Positions 51,430 to 52,802 of a stretch of 52,802 nt of DNA are shown here, piece by piece. The stretch is taken from the NCBI GenBank assembly GCA_018661775.1, contig JABJHO010000051.1, positions 1 to 52,802 on the forward strand, read 5' to 3'. Position 1 is the first letter of the stretch, and each line of letters opens with the position of its first letter. A model generated the notes under the pieces. It was given only the letters and a program-made list of their open reading frames with translations, had not been told where the DNA came from and made no database searches. The position numbers and the translations under genes are program-made. Source of the DNA: Candidatus Magasanikiibacteriota bacterium (lineage in GTDB: Bacteria > Patescibacteriota > Patescibacteriia > Magasanikbacterales > UBA922).

Positions 51430-52802
51430 TTATGGGCGAAAAATAGTTGTTGGGTGTGGGTCAATTTTCCACGTTCTTGGTAGTAGATTGTTGATTGCCA
51501 CAATATCTTTGTGCCATGTTTTTTTTGGCAGTTTCACGAGTAGTGCATACCAATACTTTCCTCGAAAGTATTTTGGGTGCATAGGGTAACAACTGTCAAT
51601 TATAGCGCATTTTAGGTCATTTGTCAAGAGATTCTCTAGAATCTGCCGTGCTTTTTCAGCCTCTTGTTGTGCTTTTTTTTCATCACGATCTCCATAAAAA
51701 TAGCGGACAAGGTAGGTATATGGTGGGTATTGTAATGCAAAACGCTGCTTTTCAATGTGCGTAAAAAACCCCCCTGTATCATTGAGATGAACAAAGAGCG
51801 GGTGTTCGGGGTTCATGGTTTGTATAAGAAATGACGCACCTGGCTGCATGGCATATTGTATCTCTTTTATTGTGTGCCAGACCCGTTCTTCTGCGGTATA
51901 TTCGGGGAATATAAGTTCTTGATCAAGACTGACACACACAGTGAGTCCAGTGTTTTTCCATCTAATGTGCGAGAGTGCCTTTTGTGTTCCGACAATAATT
52001 CTTGGTGTTTTTTCATCATCTGTGAATGTGTCTTCTGTTGTGCTATCTATTCTATATATCTTATGTGGAAGATTGCTAGCCAAATCTCTTACGGTCTTTT
52101 CTACCAGCTCTATCCCAGCCCCTCGGAGCTTAACAACAGATGATGCACATGATGGACATGTGAGCCCAACAGCCTCTTTCTTTTTGCAATATTCACAGGA
52201 GAGTTGATTTGTTGTCTGGTGGTAGATAAATGGTCTATCACATCCAGGACATCGGAAGGTAAATCCACAATTTAGGCAGGTAAGTGACCTAGCAAACCCC
52301 TTTCTATTTAACAAAAAAAACATGTCTGTTGTGCAGTCTAGTAGCGCATTTTCGGCTGCATGAGAAAGGACGGAGTAATTTCTATGAGATCTCTCGCTTC
52401 TAATATCAATGAGTGTGGGTTGATTGGAGTCTGATTGTATTTCTGGTATGTGTTTTGCTTGTTTGTGTGGAAGTCCAGGTGAAAATGTAGCAAAGTCTAT
52501 GTGCAGAGAAAGACACGACCGAAGAAGTAGTGCAATATCATGAACATGAAACCGTGGAGCTTGGTCAGTTTGTTTGTGTTGCTCGTGATGAGCATAGTCA
52601 ATAATAATTTTTTTGAGATTGTAGAAGGGGAGTAGTATTGCAGCACGCGTACCTACTACTATTTCTGCAGTACCATTTCGTATAGAAACCCAGCGTGCAA
52701 AAGCCTCTTTTTGTGTAATGCCGCTATACCATATACAGGGAGGAATATCTTGGTTTTGTGAAAAAAGCGAGATGGTTTTTTCAATCATATGAGCCTCTGG
52801 CA
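51430..52802 (-). CDS. priA: Primosomal protein N' (PriA) homologue, 5'-truncated by the window edge
   Basis: Four CxxC pairs ('CLNCGFTFRCPGCD...CEYCKKK...CPSCAS'), 'FFLLNRKGFA', 'IIVGTQ' and 'LIQTMNPEHPLF' line up with E. coli PriA. The frame stays open upstream of the listed Met to position 52802 ('..PEAH-M'), so the N-terminus lies outside the window. Confidence 0.8.
   Translation of the reverse strand, partial: PEAHMIEKTISLFSQNQDIPPCIWYSGITQKEAFARWVSIRNGTAEIVVGTRAAILLPFYNLKKIIIDYAHHEQHKQTDQAPRFHVHDIALLLRSCLSLHIDFATFSPGLPHKQAKHIPEIQSDSNQPTLIDIRSERSHRNYSVLSHAAENALLDCTTDMFFLLNRKGFARSLTCLNCGFTFRCPGCDRPFIYHQTTNQLSCEYCKKKEAVGLTCPSCASSVVKLRGAGIELVEKTVRDLASNLPHKIYRIDSTTEDTFTDDEKTPRIIVGTQKALSHIRWKNTGLTVCVSLDQELIFPEYTAEERVWHTIKEIQYAMQPGASFLIQTMNPEHPLFVHLNDTGGFFTHIEKQRFALQYPPYTYLVRYFYGDRDEKKAQQEAEKARQILENLLTNDLKCAIIDSCYPMHPKYFRGKYWYALLVKLPKKTWHKDIVAINNLLPRTWKIDPHPTTIFRP

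Noticed and set aside
1-52802. Search for CRISPR arrays, IS elements, integrases, toxin-antitoxin pairs or known defence genes.
   Set aside because: I saw no regularly spaced direct repeats and no transposase, integrase or recombinase-like ORFs. The compositional breaks are not accompanied by recognisable mobility genes in this window.

Overview
AT-rich bacterial window, densely coded, with no transposase, integrase, CRISPR array or rRNA. Gene content, near-absence of Shine-Dalgarno sequences and TTGACA/TATAAT-type promoters fit a small-genome lineage such as CPR/Patescibacteria, but that is a guess. All family assignments come from reading motifs by eye; no searches were run. The window has three parts. 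(1) Positions 1-31.6 kb hold a very low-GC surface-glycan island. It encodes two GT-C membrane glycosyltransferases, a Dpm1-like GT2, two GT4s, a methyltransferase, a NodU-type carbamoyltransferase, a KpsC/S-like enzyme and a Wzx flippase. It also has a pseudaminic-acid-type core (PseB, PseC, GNAT, PseI) interrupted by an acetamidino-forming trio (PP-loop amidotransferase plus HisH- and HisF-like proteins). A second, non-canonical sub-cluster follows: TIM barrel, formyltransferase-like protein, APH-type kinase, class-III aminotransferase, HAD, Gfo/Idh/MocA, a divergent NeuB and an SpsF-type cytidylyltransferase. The island ends in an uncharacterised block of two membrane-anchored CotH kinases (one fused to a beta-helix), a VTC polyphosphate-polymerase domain protein and a DUF4956 membrane protein. 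(2) Positions 31.99-35.90 kb hold one GC-rich minus-strand gene for a ~1305-aa probable lipoprotein that is extremely cysteine-rich. It carries ~11 MopE-like 'CDGxDNDCDG' modules and a C-terminal FGE-sulfatase-fold domain that lacks the catalytic cysteine pair. It is compositionally foreign to both flanks. (3) Positions 36.1-52.8 kb have intermediate GC and mix housekeeping genes (folD, a PBP2/FtsI transpeptidase, tRNA-Met and tRNA-Glu, HU, rny, fmt, def, partial priA) with a second set of glycan genes (two nucleotide-sugar dehydrogenases, an epimerase, a flippase, GT4, GT2 and an O-antigen-ligase-like protein). The best candidates for new biology are the CotH/VTC/DUF4956 block, the giant Cys-repeat/FGE-fold protein, the second nonulosonate-like sub-cluster, and a PriA whose helicase motifs II and VI look degenerate.
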